DNA of 64,000 nucleotides from Hyalangium minutum (GCF_000737315.1 NZ_JMCB01000024.1:1-64000); one strand, 5' to 3'. Positions 10,549 through 21,537 are shown, counted from the stretch's first letter. Numbers and translations are program-made. Notes: generated by a model not told the origin, from the sequence alone.

Positions 10549-12912
10549 GTGAACCCGTCTCGGAACCGAGCCCTGGCCCTGTTGGCGGTGATCGCCCAGG
10601 GGCTCGCCGCCTGGCCCGCCCTCGCCGACCCCGCGCCCCTCAAGGCCAGCGGCGAGGTGGTGCGCCAGCTGGAGCAGGTGGACAAGCAGCTGACGAACGC
10701 GGACGAGAACCTCCGCTTCGTGGAGACGCAGTTCACCCAGCGCCCCGAGCCCAGTGACGAGGAGGCCCGGCTGCGGCGCTTCTCGGACGGAGAGATTCAG
10801 TACCTGCTGGGCGACTGGACCGCCGCCTCCGTCCTCTTCTATGACTTGGTGAGCGATCCGCGCTTCCTCAAGCACCCGCGCTACCCGGACGCCCTCTTCT
10901 ACCTGTCCGACTCGCTGCTCCAGCAGCAGAACTACATCGGCGCGCGGCTGTACCTGCGTGAGCTGCTCTCGCTGCCGCCCACGGATCGCTACAAGGATGC
11001 GCTCTCGCGCTACCTGAACGTCGCCAGCCGTCTCAATCAGTTCGAAGGCATCGACGAATACATCACCCAGGCCAAGAAGCTGTCCGGCGGGCAGCTCCCG
11101 CCCGAGCTGGCGTACGTCTACGCCAAGTGGCTCTTCAAGCGCACGGACCTGAAGAACGAGGAGCGCATCGCCCGCGCCCGCGAGTCCTTCGAGCCGCTGA
11201 CGCACTCCAACATCCGCATCGTCCGGCTGCAGAGCGCCTACCACCTGGGCGTGCTCTCCGTGCAGGCGGGCGACTTGGAGAACGCCATCGAGCGGTTCCG
11301 CGAGCTGGCCTCGCTGCCCGCCAATGACGGCGAGGAGCTGCGCATCCACGAGCTGGCCACCCTCTCCCTGGGCCGGCTGCTCTACGAGACGGGCAAGGTG
11401 GAGGAGGCACTGGACCGCTACCTGGACATCCCTCGGGAGAGCGAGTCGTTCGTGGACTCGCTCTACGAGATCGCCTGGGCCCACGTGAAGCAGGGCGAGT
11501 ACCAGAAGGCCAAGAACGCCATCGACATCCTCCTCTTGGTGGATCCCGAGTCCCCGCTGGCCCCAGACGCGCGGCTGCTCCAGGGCCACCTGCTGCTCAA
11601 GCTGCAGCAGTACGAGGAGGCCACTCAGAGCTATGAGGGCGTCATCTCCACCTATGGCCCCGTGCGCACCAAGCTGGACGAGCTGCTCTCGCGCACGCAG
11701 GACCCGGTGGCCTACTTCGACAACCTGCTGTCGCGCTCCGAGCGCACGCTGGACCTGACCACCCTGCTGCCCCCGGTGGCCTTGCGCTACGCGAAGACGC
11801 AGGAGGAAGTGTCCGGCGCGGTGGCGCTGATCAGTGACCTCGACAGCGGCCGCAAGGGCGTCACCGATGCGCGCGGGCTGGCCGGGCGCATCCTCCAGGC
11901 GCTGGATGAGCGTGGGCTGGAGACCTTCCCGGAGCTTCAGGAGGGCTACACCCGCGCGGACGCCGTGGAGAGCGGGCTCACCCGCGTGGAGCAGGTGCTG
12001 GTGCAACTGGAGTCCTCCGCCGTGCTGGCGCACCTCACCTCCGAGGAGCGACAACAGCTGGAGGCCGTGCGCAAGGAGCGCGAGCGGCTGGCGCAGCGCT
12101 TCGCCCTGCTGCCCACCACCCAGCGCGAGCTCGAGGAGCGGCGCCAGCGGATGCAGGCCACCGTGGACTCGCTGGACCGCGAGGCCTTCCGCCTTGGCTA
12201 CGAGCTGCAGAGCCTGCGCGCCATCGCCACCGCCGTGCGCAAGTGGGTGGACGACACCCGCTCCGAGCGCAAGACGCCTCCCGATGAGGAGATGCAGTTC
12301 CTCGCCGCGCTCCAGAACGAGGAGAAGGCGCTGGAGACGCTGCAGGCGGACCTGGAGCGCACCCGTGCCCAGCTGGCCGACGAGCGCAACTCCGTGGCCA
12401 CGGCCGTCGCGGGTGAAGAGCTGATCCGCCAGCAATTCTACGAGGTGCTGCAGAAGGAGCACTCGCTGGTGGCCTCGTTTGCGGGCCGCCTGCCCGAGGA
12501 CGTGGGCCAGCTGATGGAGCGCTTCCAGGAGGTACGCGAGCGCACCAATGGGCTGCGCGGCCGGGTGATCAGCGCCAAGAGCGTACTCCGCGAACAACTT
12601 GAGCGCCGCGGCCGTGTCATCCGCGACAAGGTGCGCGCCGAGCAGCGCCTGCTCAGCCAGTACGACTCGGAGGTGGCCTCCGTCTCCGGCAATGCGCGCA
12701 ACCTCGTGGGCCGCATTGCCTACGACAGCTTCCGCCGCGTGCGGCAGCAGTTCTACGACCTCGTCCTCAAGGGCGACGTGGGCATCGTGGACGTGGCCTT
12801 CACCCGCAAGCAGGACAAGACGGGCGAAATCCAAAAGCTCTCCGCGCAGAAGGACGAGGAGCTGCGCGCGCTCGACCGGGACTTCAAGGAAGTCCTCAAG
12901 GAAGCGAACTGA
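10549..12912 (+). CDS. TPR and coiled-coil exported protein, GltC-like paralog
   Basis: Signal peptide ending ALA-DP; TPR motifs (ALFYLSDSL, SAYHLGVL, LYEIAWAH); long C-terminal coiled coil; upstream of a GltD-like gene. Confidence 0.7.
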   Translation: MNPSRNRALALLAVIAQGLAAWPALADPAPLKASGEVVRQLEQVDKQLTNADENLRFVETQFTQRPEPSDEEARLRRFSDGEIQYLLGDWTAASVLFYDLVSDPRFLKHPRYPDALFYLSDSLLQQQNYIGARLYLRELLSLPPTDRYKDALSRYLNVASRLNQFEGIDEYITQAKKLSGGQLPPELAYVYAKWLFKRTDLKNEERIARARESFEPLTHSNIRIVRLQSAYHLGVLSVQAGDLENAIERFRELASLPANDGEELRIHELATLSLGRLLYETGKVEEALDRYLDIPRESESFVDSLYEIAWAHVKQGEYQKAKNAIDILLLVDPESPLAPDARLLQGHLLLKLQQYEEATQSYEGVISTYGPVRTKLDELLSRTQDPVAYFDNLLSRSERTLDLTTLLPPVALRYAKTQEEVSGAVALISDLDSGRKGVTDARGLAGRILQALDERGLETFPELQEGYTRADAVESGLTRVEQVLVQLESSAVLAHLTSEERQQLEAVRKERERLAQRFALLPTTQRELEERRQRMQATVDSLDREAFRLGYELQSLRAIATAVRKWVDDTRSERKTPPDEEMQFLAALQNEEKALETLQADLERTRAQLADERNSVATAVAGEELIRQQFYEVLQKEHSLVASFAGRLPEDVGQLMERFQEVRERTNGLRGRVISAKSVLREQLERRGRVIRDKVRAEQRLLSQYDSEVASVSGNARNLVGRIAYDSFRRVRQQFYDLVLKGDVGIVDVAFTRKQDKTGEIQKLSAQKDEELRALDRDFKEVLKEAN

Positions 12913-12915
12913 GCG

Positions 12916-15900
12916 ATGCGCCGCTTCCTGCTCACGCTGCTGACGCTCTCCTCCCTGGCCGCTGCCGCCCAGCAGCCAGCGAAGCCCGAAGGCGCCGCAC
13001 CCACCGAGGGAGCCGCCGCCGCGCCCGCTCAGGCCGAGCCCGCCAAGAAGCCCTCGGACAATCGAAGCCTGGCGGGAATGGGCCGCACGCCCGAGGAGGA
13101 GGAGCGGCTGCGGGTGCTCAGCGCGGACTTGCAGCGCTACGAAGAGGAGGCGCGCGACTTCCGCCGCGAGGTGCAGCTCCTGGTGGAGCGCAAGTACGAG
13201 GAGAAGCGCAACGGCCTGGCCGCCTCGTACGAGAAGGTCATCGGCGAGCTGGAGATCAAGGAGCGCAAGGAGCGCCTGGACGCGATCGTCCGGTTCGAGG
13301 AGTTCCTCCACCGCTACCCCCGCGAGCCGCGCTACTCGCCGGACGTGATGTTCCGCCTGGCCGAGCTCTACTACGAGCGCTCCAGCGACGAGCACCTCAC
13401 CGCCATGCGAGAGCACGAGGAGAAGCTCAAGTCGCTGCCCGAGAGCGCCGAGCCTCCTCCCGAGCCCCAGGTGAACTTTGGCCCGTCCATCGCCCTCTAC
13501 CTGCGGCTCATCAACGACTTCCGGGACTACCGGTTCAATGACGCTGCCTGGTACCTGCTGGGCTACTGCTACGAGAAGCAGAACCAGTTCGACGAGAGCC
13601 GCGCCACCTACGAAGAGCTGATCGCCACCTACCCCAAGAGCCGCTTCGCCACCGAGGCCTGGGTCCGCATCGGCGAGTACTGGTTCGACAACTACAGCGA
13701 TCCGACGGCGCTGGAGCAGGCAGCCAACGCCTACGAGCACGCCACCCAGGACAAGAGCCACTCGCTCTACGACAAGGCGCTCTACAAGCTGGGCTGGACG
13801 TACTACCGCATGGACCGGTTCGCGGATGCGGTGGAGCGCTTCCTCATGCTCGCGGACTTCTACGAGGAGCAGAAACAGGCCCAGGGCGACGAGGGCGGCG
13901 GCGGAGACCTGCGCGAGGAGGCCCTCCAGTACGTGGCCGTGTCCCTGGCGGACGGAACCTGGGGCGGCCTGGCCCGGGCCCAGGAGATCTTCGCCCAGCG
14001 CGGCGCGCGCCCCTACGAGGCGGAGATCTACCGGCGCCTGGGCAACATCTACTTCGACCAGACCAACCACGCCGCCGCCATTGAGGCCTACCGGCTGGTG
14101 CTGGCCAAGGAGCCGTTCGCCACGGACGCACCGCAGATCCAGCAAAAGCTCGTCCAGGCGTACGAGCGGGACCGGAAGATGTCCGAGTCCTACGCCGAAG
14201 CCGAGAAGCTGGCCAACGACTACGCCCCCGGCAGTGCCTGGTACGAGAAGAACCAGAGCAATCCGGACGCGCTGGCCGCCGCGGACGCGCTCGCCGAGAA
14301 GAGCCTCTATACCAGTGCTCTCTTCCACCACCAGCAGGCGCTGACGTTCAAGAAGGAGGGCAAGCTCGAGCAGGCCTACCTCGGCTTCCAAGTGGCCGCC
14401 CGTGCCTACGGCGCCTACCTGACGCGCTTCCCGAACACCAAGAGCAGCTACGAGATGCGCTTCTATTACGCCGAGTGTCTCTTCAACTCGGCGCAGTTCG
14501 TGCTCGCGGCGAAGAACTACGAGGAGGTGCGTGACTCACGGCTGGACGACAAGTACCGCTCGGATGCCGCCTTCACCGCCGTGCTCGCCCTGCAAAAGCA
14601 GTTGGAGGCGGATCTCAAGGCCGGCACCGTGAAGGAGCTCAAGCCCCTGCGCTCCGCCGAGCGCCCCGCGGATGAGGTGGTCCAGCCCATTCCCCTGGCC
14701 GAGTCCGAGACGCGGCTGATCTCCGCCTCGGACGTGTACGTGAAGCTGTTGCCCACCGACGAGAAGAGCCCGGGCATCGCCTACAAGGCCGCTGAGCTCT
14801 ACTACGCGCACAACGACTTCCCCGAGGCCCGCCGGCGCTTCGAGCAGATCGTCAAGAGCTACCCGAAGAACGAGGTCGCCAAGTTCGCCACCAACCTCAT
14901 CGTGGAGAGCTTCCTCATCGACAAGGACTGGGCCAGCGTCGAAGACGTGGCGGGGCGGCTGGCCTCCAACAAGGAGGTCATCGATCCGTCGAGCGACCTC
15001 TACAAGAGCCTGGTCAAGTTCAAACTCGGCGGCCGCTTCAAGCTGGCCCAGCAGCTCATGGATCAGGGCAAGTACGAGGAGGCCGCCAAGAAGTACATCC
15101 TCCTGGTCGACGAGGAGCCTCGCCACGAGTTCGCCGACAAGGCGCTCAACAACGCCGCCGTCTGCTACGAGAACTCCCTGCGGTTCGACTCGGCGCTCAA
15201 GCTCTACGAGCGCATCTACCGTGAGTACCCCTCCTCCACCCTGGCGGACGCGGCGCTGTTCCGCGTGGCCCTCAACTCGGAGAAGTCCTACGACTTCGAC
15301 AAGGCGGTGGTCAGCTACCAGAAGCTGGTGAAGGACTACCCCGCCTCCAAGGACCGCGAGGCCGCCCTCTACAACGCCGCCAACCTGCTCGAGGGCCAGC
15401 AGCGCTACCCCGAGGCCGCCGCGGCCTTCATGCGCTACGCGGACCTGTTCCCCAACTCGGAGGATGCGCCGAAGAACCAGTTCCGCGCCGCCCTCATCTA
15501 CGAGAAGCAGGAGGACTGGCGCGGGCAGATCCGCGCGCTCACCGCGTTCATCGAGAAGTTCTCCAGGAAGCCCACGCAGTCGGAGCTGGTGGTGGATGCC
15601 AAGCGCCGCATCGGCGACGCGCACAAGAAGCTGAACAACGTCCGTGAGGCCGAGAAGGCCTGGGCCAGCGCCGCCGACGAGTTCGACCGCCGCAAGCTCA
15701 AGCAGGAGACCTCTCCGCTGGCCGCCGAGGCCGCCTCCTACTGCCGCTTCCAGCTGGCCGAGTTGGAGCTGGAGAAGTTCGACAAGCTGAAGATTGGCGG
15801 CACGGGCAAGGCGCTGGAACGCAGCTTCGTCGCCAAGCGCGCCGGGGTGAAGGCCGTCAACGAGGCCTACGCCAAGGTCTATCCTTATAAGAACCTGGAG

Positions 15901-16314
15901 TGGACGCTGGCCGCCCTCTACCGCCGCGGCTACGCCCTGGAGCGCTTCGCCACGACCCTCATCGAGACGCCCGTTCCCCCTGACGTGAAGCGCCTGGGCG
16001 AGGAGGCCGTGGTGGCCTACCAGGATCAGCTCGCCCAGCAGACAGCCACGCTGGAGGACGCAGCGGTGGAGAGCTACTCGGCCACCATTCAGGAGGCGCG
16101 CAAGAACCGCCTCTCCAACGTGTGGACGCGGCGCACACTCGAGGCGCTCAACCGCTTCCGCCCCAAGGAGTACCCGGTCCTCAAGGAGCCCAAGCAGGCC
16201 ATCTCCTCGGACGCGGTCTATCCCGAGGGCCTGGTGGGCACCCTGCTTGGCCCCGAGCGTCCCGGCACCGAGTCCGAGGCCCCGCAGAAGCTGACCGGTG
16301 GAGGTGAGAAGTGA
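12916..16314 (+). CDS. Large TPR protein, GltD/AgmU-like paralog
   Basis: Signal peptide; many TPRs (PDVMFRLAELYYE, AWYLLGYC, ALYKLGWTYY, ALNNAA, ALFRVA); position before GltE/F/G-like genes. Confidence 0.8.
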   Translation: MRRFLLTLLTLSSLAAAAQQPAKPEGAAPTEGAAAAPAQAEPAKKPSDNRSLAGMGRTPEEEERLRVLSADLQRYEEEARDFRREVQLLVERKYEEKRNGLAASYEKVIGELEIKERKERLDAIVRFEEFLHRYPREPRYSPDVMFRLAELYYERSSDEHLTAMREHEEKLKSLPESAEPPPEPQVNFGPSIALYLRLINDFRDYRFNDAAWYLLGYCYEKQNQFDESRATYEELIATYPKSRFATEAWVRIGEYWFDNYSDPTALEQAANAYEHATQDKSHSLYDKALYKLGWTYYRMDRFADAVERFLMLADFYEEQKQAQGDEGGGGDLREEALQYVAVSLADGTWGGLARAQEIFAQRGARPYEAEIYRRLGNIYFDQTNHAAAIEAYRLVLAKEPFATDAPQIQQKLVQAYERDRKMSESYAEAEKLANDYAPGSAWYEKNQSNPDALAAADALAEKSLYTSALFHHQQALTFKKEGKLEQAYLGFQVAARAYGAYLTRFPNTKSSYEMRFYYAECLFNSAQFVLAAKNYEEVRDSRLDDKYRSDAAFTAVLALQKQLEADLKAGTVKELKPLRSAERPADEVVQPIPLAESETRLISASDVYVKLLPTDEKSPGIAYKAAELYYAHNDFPEARRRFEQIVKSYPKNEVAKFATNLIVESFLIDKDWASVEDVAGRLASNKEVIDPSSDLYKSLVKFKLGGRFKLAQQLMDQGKYEEAAKKYILLVDEEPRHEFADKALNNAAVCYENSLRFDSALKLYERIYREYPSSTLADAALFRVALNSEKSYDFDKAVVSYQKLVKDYPASKDREAALYNAANLLEGQQRYPEAAAAFMRYADLFPNSEDAPKNQFRAALIYEKQEDWRGQIRALTAFIEKFSRKPTQSELVVDAKRRIGDAHKKLNNVREAEKAWASAADEFDRRKLKQETSPLAAEAASYCRFQLAELELEKFDKLKIGGTGKALERSFVAKRAGVKAVNEAYAKVYPYKNLEWTLAALYRRGYALERFATTLIETPVPPDVKRLGEEAVVAYQDQLAQQTATLEDAAVESYSATIQEARKNRLSNVWTRRTLEALNRFRPKEYPVLKEPKQAISSDAVYPEGLVGTLLGPERPGTESEAPQKLTGGGEK

Positions 16315-17798
16315 TCACGCTCCGCCTGCGCACCACGTGCCTCGTCCTGCTGCTGGGCACCGCCTGCTCCTCCACGCCGCAGCCGCGCCCGACGCCGGCT
16401 GCTGATGCCCCGGCCCCGGCCAGCACCTCCGCAGCCAGCACCTCCGCCGCGGCCACTCCCGCCTCGGAGACGGCCTCGGCCTCCCAGACGCCGGAGTCCG
16501 GTGGCGCGCAGGTGGTGAAGACCGTGCCGGCGCCTCCGGCCACGCCCTCGGTGGAGCCCTCCGCGCCTCCGCCTCGCCCCGTCACCCGCGAGGGCACGGA
16601 CTTCGAGCGCGCGGTGGAGAGTGCCCGGAAGGGTGAGCTGGAGATCGCCGCCCGGAGCCTCGAAGCGCTGCTGTCGAGCAACCCCAAGCTGGACTACGCC
16701 TGGACGAACCTCGGCGTCATCCGCGAGCGCCAGGGCCAGGTGGACGAGGCCGAGAAGGCCTACCGCAAGGCCCTGCAGCTCAAGCCGGATCAAGAGACCG
16801 CCTGGGACTTCCTCGTCCGCCTTTACTGCCGCACGAACCGCGCCACCCGCATCGAGGCCGAGCTGCGCCAGAAGCTGGAGTCCTCTCCGGACGCCGTGGG
16901 CATGCGCACCGCGCTCGCCTACGCCCTGCTGCAGCAGAAGAAGCTGGAGAGCGCCGCCAACGAGGCCAAGCGCGCCCTCAAGGTCGATGAGCGCTATGTG
17001 AAGGCCATGCAGGTGCTCGCGCAGGTCTACTACCGCGAGAAGAAGTTCGAGCTGTCCCGCTACGTGCTGGAGAACGCCCGCGCCATTGATGGACAGGATG
17101 CGGCCACCCACAACGCGCTCGGGCTGGTGCAGCTGACGCTCAAGTCTCGCATCCAGGCGCTGGAGAGCTTCCGGAAGGCCGCCGAGCTCCGCCCCGACTT
17201 CGCCGAGGCCCGCAACAACTACGGCGCCATGCTCAACGAGTCCCAGGACTACCCGGCCGCCGTGACGGAGCTGGAAGCCGCCGTGAAGGCCGCGCCGGAC
17301 TTCGCCTCGGCCCGCCTCAACCTGGGCAACGCCTACCGAGGGCTCGGGGACTTCGCCCGCGCCAAGGCCGAGTACGACCGGGTGCTGCAGCTCCAGCCCT
17401 CTCTGGTGGATCCGTACTTCAACCTCGCCATCCTCTACCTGGACATCGAGCCCCAGGGCGTGGACACGATCGAGCGCTACAAGACGGCCATCGCCCACTT
17501 CGAGAAGTTCAAGGGCCAGGGCGGCAAGGACGACCGCATCGAGCAGTACCTCAAGGATGCCCAGAAGGGCATCGAGAAGGAGGAGCGGCGCCGCGAGCGC
17601 GAGAAGCGCGACCAGCTCCGCAAGGCCCAGAAGGCCGAGGAAGACGCCAAGAAGCAGGCAGAGGAGAACGCCCAGAAGCAGGCAGAGGCCCAGAAAGCCG
17701 CTGCCGCCGCTCAGCCGCCCACACCTGCGCCTACTCCCGCAGCCCCCCCTGCCACACCCGCCCCCACCTCGGGTAAGCTGTCCACCGACGACAAGTAG
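16311..17798 (+). CDS. TPR lipoprotein, GltE/AglT-like paralog
   Basis: Lipobox LGTAC; TPRs AWTNLGVI, ARNNYGAM, ARLNLGNAY; C-terminal charged coiled coil; GTGA overlap with the upstream gene. Confidence 0.8.
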   Translation: MITLRLRTTCLVLLLGTACSSTPQPRPTPAADAPAPASTSAASTSAAATPASETASASQTPESGGAQVVKTVPAPPATPSVEPSAPPPRPVTREGTDFERAVESARKGELEIAARSLEALLSSNPKLDYAWTNLGVIRERQGQVDEAEKAYRKALQLKPDQETAWDFLVRLYCRTNRATRIEAELRQKLESSPDAVGMRTALAYALLQQKKLESAANEAKRALKVDERYVKAMQVLAQVYYREKKFELSRYVLENARAIDGQDAATHNALGLVQLTLKSRIQALESFRKAAELRPDFAEARNNYGAMLNESQDYPAAVTELEAAVKAAPDFASARLNLGNAYRGLGDFARAKAEYDRVLQLQPSLVDPYFNLAILYLDIEPQGVDTIERYKTAIAHFEKFKGQGGKDDRIEQYLKDAQKGIEKEERRREREKRDQLRKAQKAEEDAKKQAEENAQKQAEAQKAAAAAQPPTPAPTPAAPPATPAPTSGKLSTDDK

Positions 17799-17813
17799 AA
17801 GTCGAGGCCTCCC

Positions 17814-18050
17814 ATGCGAACCCTTCTCGCCCTGCTGCTGCTGATCGCCGCCGTGCCCGCGCTCGCGCAGGACTCGGGGGCCAAGAAGAAGAAGGTCATC
17901 CGCCTGGATGCCCTCACCGTCGAGGGCAAGATCCAGAAACCCCAGGCCTTCTACATCCTCCAGCGCTCGAACCTGAACTTCGAGGAGCTCAACAAGCCCG
18001 AGAGCTTCAAAGAGAAGGTCGTCCAGAGCGTGGACAAGCAACCTTTCTAG
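17814..18050 (+). CDS. Small exported GltF-like protein
   Basis: 78 aa: signal peptide, then IRLDALTVEGKIQKPQAFYILQRS, the pattern recalled for GltF-family proteins. Confidence 0.8.
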   Translation: MRTLLALLLLIAAVPALAQDSGAKKKKVIRLDALTVEGKIQKPQAFYILQRSNLNFEELNKPESFKEKVVQSVDKQPF

Positions 18051-18073
18051 GGCCTCGGCTGTCCTACACGAAC

Positions 18074-19420
18074 ATGGCTTCTCCTCAGTCCCAGCAGAAC
18101 AAGCTGTTGCGCGTCGGCATCCTCCAGGGTGGGCGCATCCTCGATGAGCGCCACGTGCTGCGCGACGACGTCACCATCGGGCACGACGCCAAGAACACCA
18201 TCGTCCTGCCGCCCTCGGAGGACTTGCCGGCGAAGTTCGCCATCTTCGAGAACCGCAACAACCAGTACCAGCTCGTGTTCGACGACACGATGCAGGGCCG
18301 GGTGAACCTGGGCAGCTCGGATGTGGACTTCGACCGCATCCGCAAGCAGGGACTGGCCCAGGAGCGCGGCACCAACTACGTGCTGCCCCTGCAGGAGACC
18401 GCCCGCGGCAAGGTGGAGCTGGGCGACGTCACCCTCTTCTTCCAGTTCATCACCCCTCCGGCCGCAGCCGACAGGCCGGTGCTCCCGGCGGATGTACAGG
18501 GTGGCTTCTGGAAGTCGATGGACCGCGTGTTCTTCGGCATCCTCGCGGTCTCGCTCTTCCTGCACTTCGCGTGGGGCGCGTACATCGTCTCGCGCGATCC
18601 GCCCCCCGAGCCCGAGCTGGCCCTGGACGAGCTCGAGGACCGGTTCGTCAAGGCGAACATCATCCCGCAGAAGCTCCCGGAGCCGGAGAAGGTGGCCGAG
18701 GCGACTCAGGCCGCCGCCGAGGACTCGGCACCCAAGGAAGAGAAGAAGGCTGCCGCCAGCGACAAGCCGGCCGACTCCAAGCCCCAGGACGCGGCGCAGC
18801 GCAAGGCGGAGATCGCCAAGAAGGTGTCCGGCAAGGGCCTGCTGAAGATCCTCGGCTCGTCGGGCGGCGGCAGCGGCGCGTTCGCGGACGTGCTCGGCGG
18901 CAGCACCGGCGGCAGCGAGATCGCCAACGCGCTGCAGGGCGCTGGCGGCGTGGGCGTCGCCACCAGCGACGCCCTGGGTGCCAGTGGTCCTAAAGGCGGC
19001 GGCGCGGGCAACGTGGCCGGCATCGGCGACCTGGGCACCAGCGGCGGCGGCAAGGTGGACCTCGGCAGCAAGAAGGAAGTCGAGGTGGTGGGCCGCGTGA
19101 AGGACGCCACCCCCGAGGTGGAGAGCTCCGACGTGGATCGCGACGCCCTGGCCCGCTACGTCAAGGCGCGCCTGAAGGCGATCCAGAACTGCTACGAGAA
19201 GGAGCTCAAGCGAAACCCCAGCCTCAAGGGCAAGGTGGTGGTCCGCTTCAACATCATGCCCACCGGCCGCACCGGTGGCATCGAGGTGGAGGAGAACACC
19301 CTGGGCAACGAGGCGGTGGGCAGCTGCATCCGCACCGTCATCCGCAGCTGGGTCTTCCCCTTCAAGCCGGATGACGAGGTGCCCGTCGCCTACCCGTTCG
19401 TCTTCTCTCCCGCGGGGTAG
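18074..19420 (+). CDS. GltG/PglI-like FHA-like, TM and TonB-C (AgmX/PglI C-terminal) protein
   Basis: N-terminal V.IG...KNTIV; single TM FFGILAVSLFLHFAWGAYIV; Gly-rich linker; C-terminal IQNCYEKELKRNPSLKGKVVVRF...C...W.FP. Confidence 0.82.
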   Translation: MASPQSQQNKLLRVGILQGGRILDERHVLRDDVTIGHDAKNTIVLPPSEDLPAKFAIFENRNNQYQLVFDDTMQGRVNLGSSDVDFDRIRKQGLAQERGTNYVLPLQETARGKVELGDVTLFFQFITPPAAADRPVLPADVQGGFWKSMDRVFFGILAVSLFLHFAWGAYIVSRDPPPEPELALDELEDRFVKANIIPQKLPEPEKVAEATQAAAEDSAPKEEKKAAASDKPADSKPQDAAQRKAEIAKKVSGKGLLKILGSSGGGSGAFADVLGGSTGGSEIANALQGAGGVGVATSDALGASGPKGGGAGNVAGIGDLGTSGGGKVDLGSKKEVEVVGRVKDATPEVESSDVDRDALARYVKARLKAIQNCYEKELKRNPSLKGKVVVRFNIMPTGRTGGIEVEENTLGNEAVGSCIRTVIRSWVFPFKPDDEVPVAYPFVFSPAG

Positions 19421-19545
19421 CGCGCAGTGCTGGATCCAAGGGCTGGGCAGTCCGTCTGCCCCTTTGGGCCCCTGGGCTCGCGTTGACACCCCCACGCACC
19501 GCTTCTACGCTCGGAGGTCCTCTTCCCTCCGGGCCGGAGACACGG

Positions 19546-20121
19546 GTGAGCTGGATGCGCTTCATGGGACTGCTGGCTGTGCTGCTCGCCGCGGGGCTTG
19601 CCTCCGCGCAGGACGGCAAGCCTGCGGGCAAGACCGGCCCTGCCGTGGTCCTCCCCCCGCTGGAGAAGGCCAGCGAGGTGAAGGATCCGGACAAGCTCAC
19701 GCGCAGCGCCAAGTCGCTGGGCACCATGCGCGAAGCCCTGCGCGGCGTTCTGGAGAAGCTCGAGGAGGCCCGCCGCACCAAGGACGTGGTGAAGCTCAAC
19801 TGCGTCAACGAGAAGCTCACGCAGATCAAAGGTCTGCTGCGCATCTCCGAGACGGCGGACGTGGCGCTCCAGGAGGCCGTCACCCGCCAGGACGGCACCG
19901 CCGCCGAGCACGAGTACACCAAGGTGATGATCGCCAACCAGAAGGTGGCTCAGCTGCGCTCGGAGACCGAGGAGTGCATCGGCCAGCTGGCCTTCCGTAC
20001 CGACGAGAACCTGTCTGTCGACGTCGAGGAGCCCCGTGATCTGCCCGGGGGTGATCCCACCAAACCGCCCTCGCCTCCGGACGTCATCGTCCGCCCGCCG
20101 CCGGCCAGTCCTACCCTCTGA
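19546..20121 (+). CDS. Conserved exported helical protein, hypothetical
   Basis: GTG start with GGAGA RBS; signal ending ASAQ; helical core with two Cys (KLNCVNEKL, TEECIG); Pro-rich tail. Confidence 0.7.
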   Translation: MSWMRFMGLLAVLLAAGLASAQDGKPAGKTGPAVVLPPLEKASEVKDPDKLTRSAKSLGTMREALRGVLEKLEEARRTKDVVKLNCVNEKLTQIKGLLRISETADVALQEAVTRQDGTAAEHEYTKVMIANQKVAQLRSETEECIGQLAFRTDENLSVDVEEPRDLPGGDPTKPPSPPDVIVRPPPASPTL

Positions 20122-20265
20122 GTGAGCAGCACCAGCACTCGGGTGGAGCCGCCCAGAATCCAACAAATTTCTGCGGGTGCTCTGAGGCTGCGTGTTATGA
20201 CCCTCCGAGGGCCCCAGCCAGAAGTAGGGAAAGGTAGCCGGCATGCCGGCGTGATCGTCCGAGTC

Positions 20266-21537
20266 ATGACGCAGTCTGGCAACATTCGCTGGGCTCTGTG
20301 TGCCTTGGTGCTGGGAGTGCTCGGCTCTGTACCGGCCAGGGCGCAGCAGCCGCCGATTGCCGCGGGTGGTAACGGCATCAAGATCGGCGACGGGCGGCTG
20401 CACCCTTTCCTCGACGCGGAGCTGCGGCTGGACACGGCGGTGGGCTACTTCCCCAATGACGCCACGCCGGATCCGGATGACGTGGTGAGCTCCCTCTCCC
20501 CCGAGTTGGTGCTGCGGGTGCGGCCTGGGCTGAAGCTGGAGGTGCCGTCGACGAAGCTGGCGCTCAACGCCTCCGGACGGCTGGAGTACGTGCGGTACAC
20601 GGGGTGGCTGACGAAGCAGTCCACGTACGCCTCGCACTTCGAGGGCGCGGCGGACCTCACGGCCCACTTCAACCCGCAGGCGCCGGTGAGCTTCGTGCTC
20701 GCGGATCAGTTCCTGCGCACGGACCAGACGCGCAACGCGGCGCTGGGCGCGGGCGTGCTCTCGCTCTTCAACGAGGTGCGCGGCAGCGTTCCCATCAAGC
20801 CCGGCGGTGGCGCCATCGAGATCGTCCCTGAGCTGGCGTGGGGACTGGAGTTCTTCGATCCCATCGGTCTTGCGGTGCCCGTGGGGTGCACCGAGGACGT
20901 GTGCGATCCCATCACCGTGGACGCATTCGACTACACCAACGTGCGTACCGGCGTGGACGCGCGCTGGCGCTTCCTGCCGAAGACGGCGGTGGTGCTGGAC
21001 GCGGACTTGGACTTCCGCACCTACCTGCGCAACACGGCGAGCCCGGACGCCCTGCTGCTGCGCGCCATGGGCGGAATCGCGGGCCTGGTGTCCACGAAGA
21101 TCGCCGTCACCGCGAAGGTGGGCTGGGGCTACAACTTCGGCGAGTCGGGGGGCAGCACCCTCATTGCCCAGGCCGAGGGCACCTACCTCTACAGCCCCAC
21201 CATGACGTTCAAGGGCGGCTACCTGCGGACGCTGAACCCGGTGGCCGCGTATGGGCTGTTCCAGGACAACCGCGGCTCGCTGGAGGCCCGGGCCCTGTTC
21301 GGCGGCAAGCTGGTGTTGCACGGAGTCCTCGCAGCGGACTTCCTGAGATTCTACAGCGCCACGCAGCCGCGCAGCGACGTGCTCGTCACCCTGGACACGG
21401 GGCCGGAGTACCAGTTCAAGCCCTGGCTCGTGGGCGCGGCGAGCTACCTGCTGAGCACGCGCTCCTCCTCGGCGACGGGCTCGGGCCTGAACTACACGCG
21501 CCACGAGGCGTATGTTCGCCTGACGCTGGTGTATTGA
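20266..21537 (+). CDS. Outer-membrane beta-barrel porin of Wzx/Wzy polysaccharide export (WzpB/EpsX-like)
   Basis: Signal ending ARA-QQ; amphipathic strands throughout; C-terminal barrel signature YVRLTLVY; immediately upstream of an OPX gene. Start moved from ORF-track 20122 to ATG 20266. Confidence 0.75.
   Translation: MTQSGNIRWALCALVLGVLGSVPARAQQPPIAAGGNGIKIGDGRLHPFLDAELRLDTAVGYFPNDATPDPDDVVSSLSPELVLRVRPGLKLEVPSTKLALNASGRLEYVRYTGWLTKQSTYASHFEGAADLTAHFNPQAPVSFVLADQFLRTDQTRNAALGAGVLSLFNEVRGSVPIKPGGGAIEIVPELAWGLEFFDPIGLAVPVGCTEDVCDPITVDAFDYTNVRTGVDARWRFLPKTAVVLDADLDFRTYLRNTASPDALLLRAMGGIAGLVSTKIAVTAKVGWGYNFGESGGSTLIAQAEGTYLYSPTMTFKGGYLRTLNPVAAYGLFQDNRGSLEARALFGGKLVLHGVLAADFLRFYSATQPRSDVLVTLDTGPEYQFKPWLVGAASYLLSTRSSSATGSGLNYTRHEAYVRLTLVY

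Noticed and set aside
19444-19463. GGGCAG-TCCGT-CTGCCC hairpin after the gltG-like gene as a terminator
   Set aside because: The stem is short and followed by only three T; insufficient to call.
10444-21504. Very long antisense ORFs (10444-14391, 14536-15624, 16218-18041, 18047-19495, 19390-21504) and similar ones at 23801-27184 and 59509-62181
   Set aside because: They mirror well-supported genes on the opposite strand, lack recognisable motifs, and are the expected shadow of G/C-ending codon bias.
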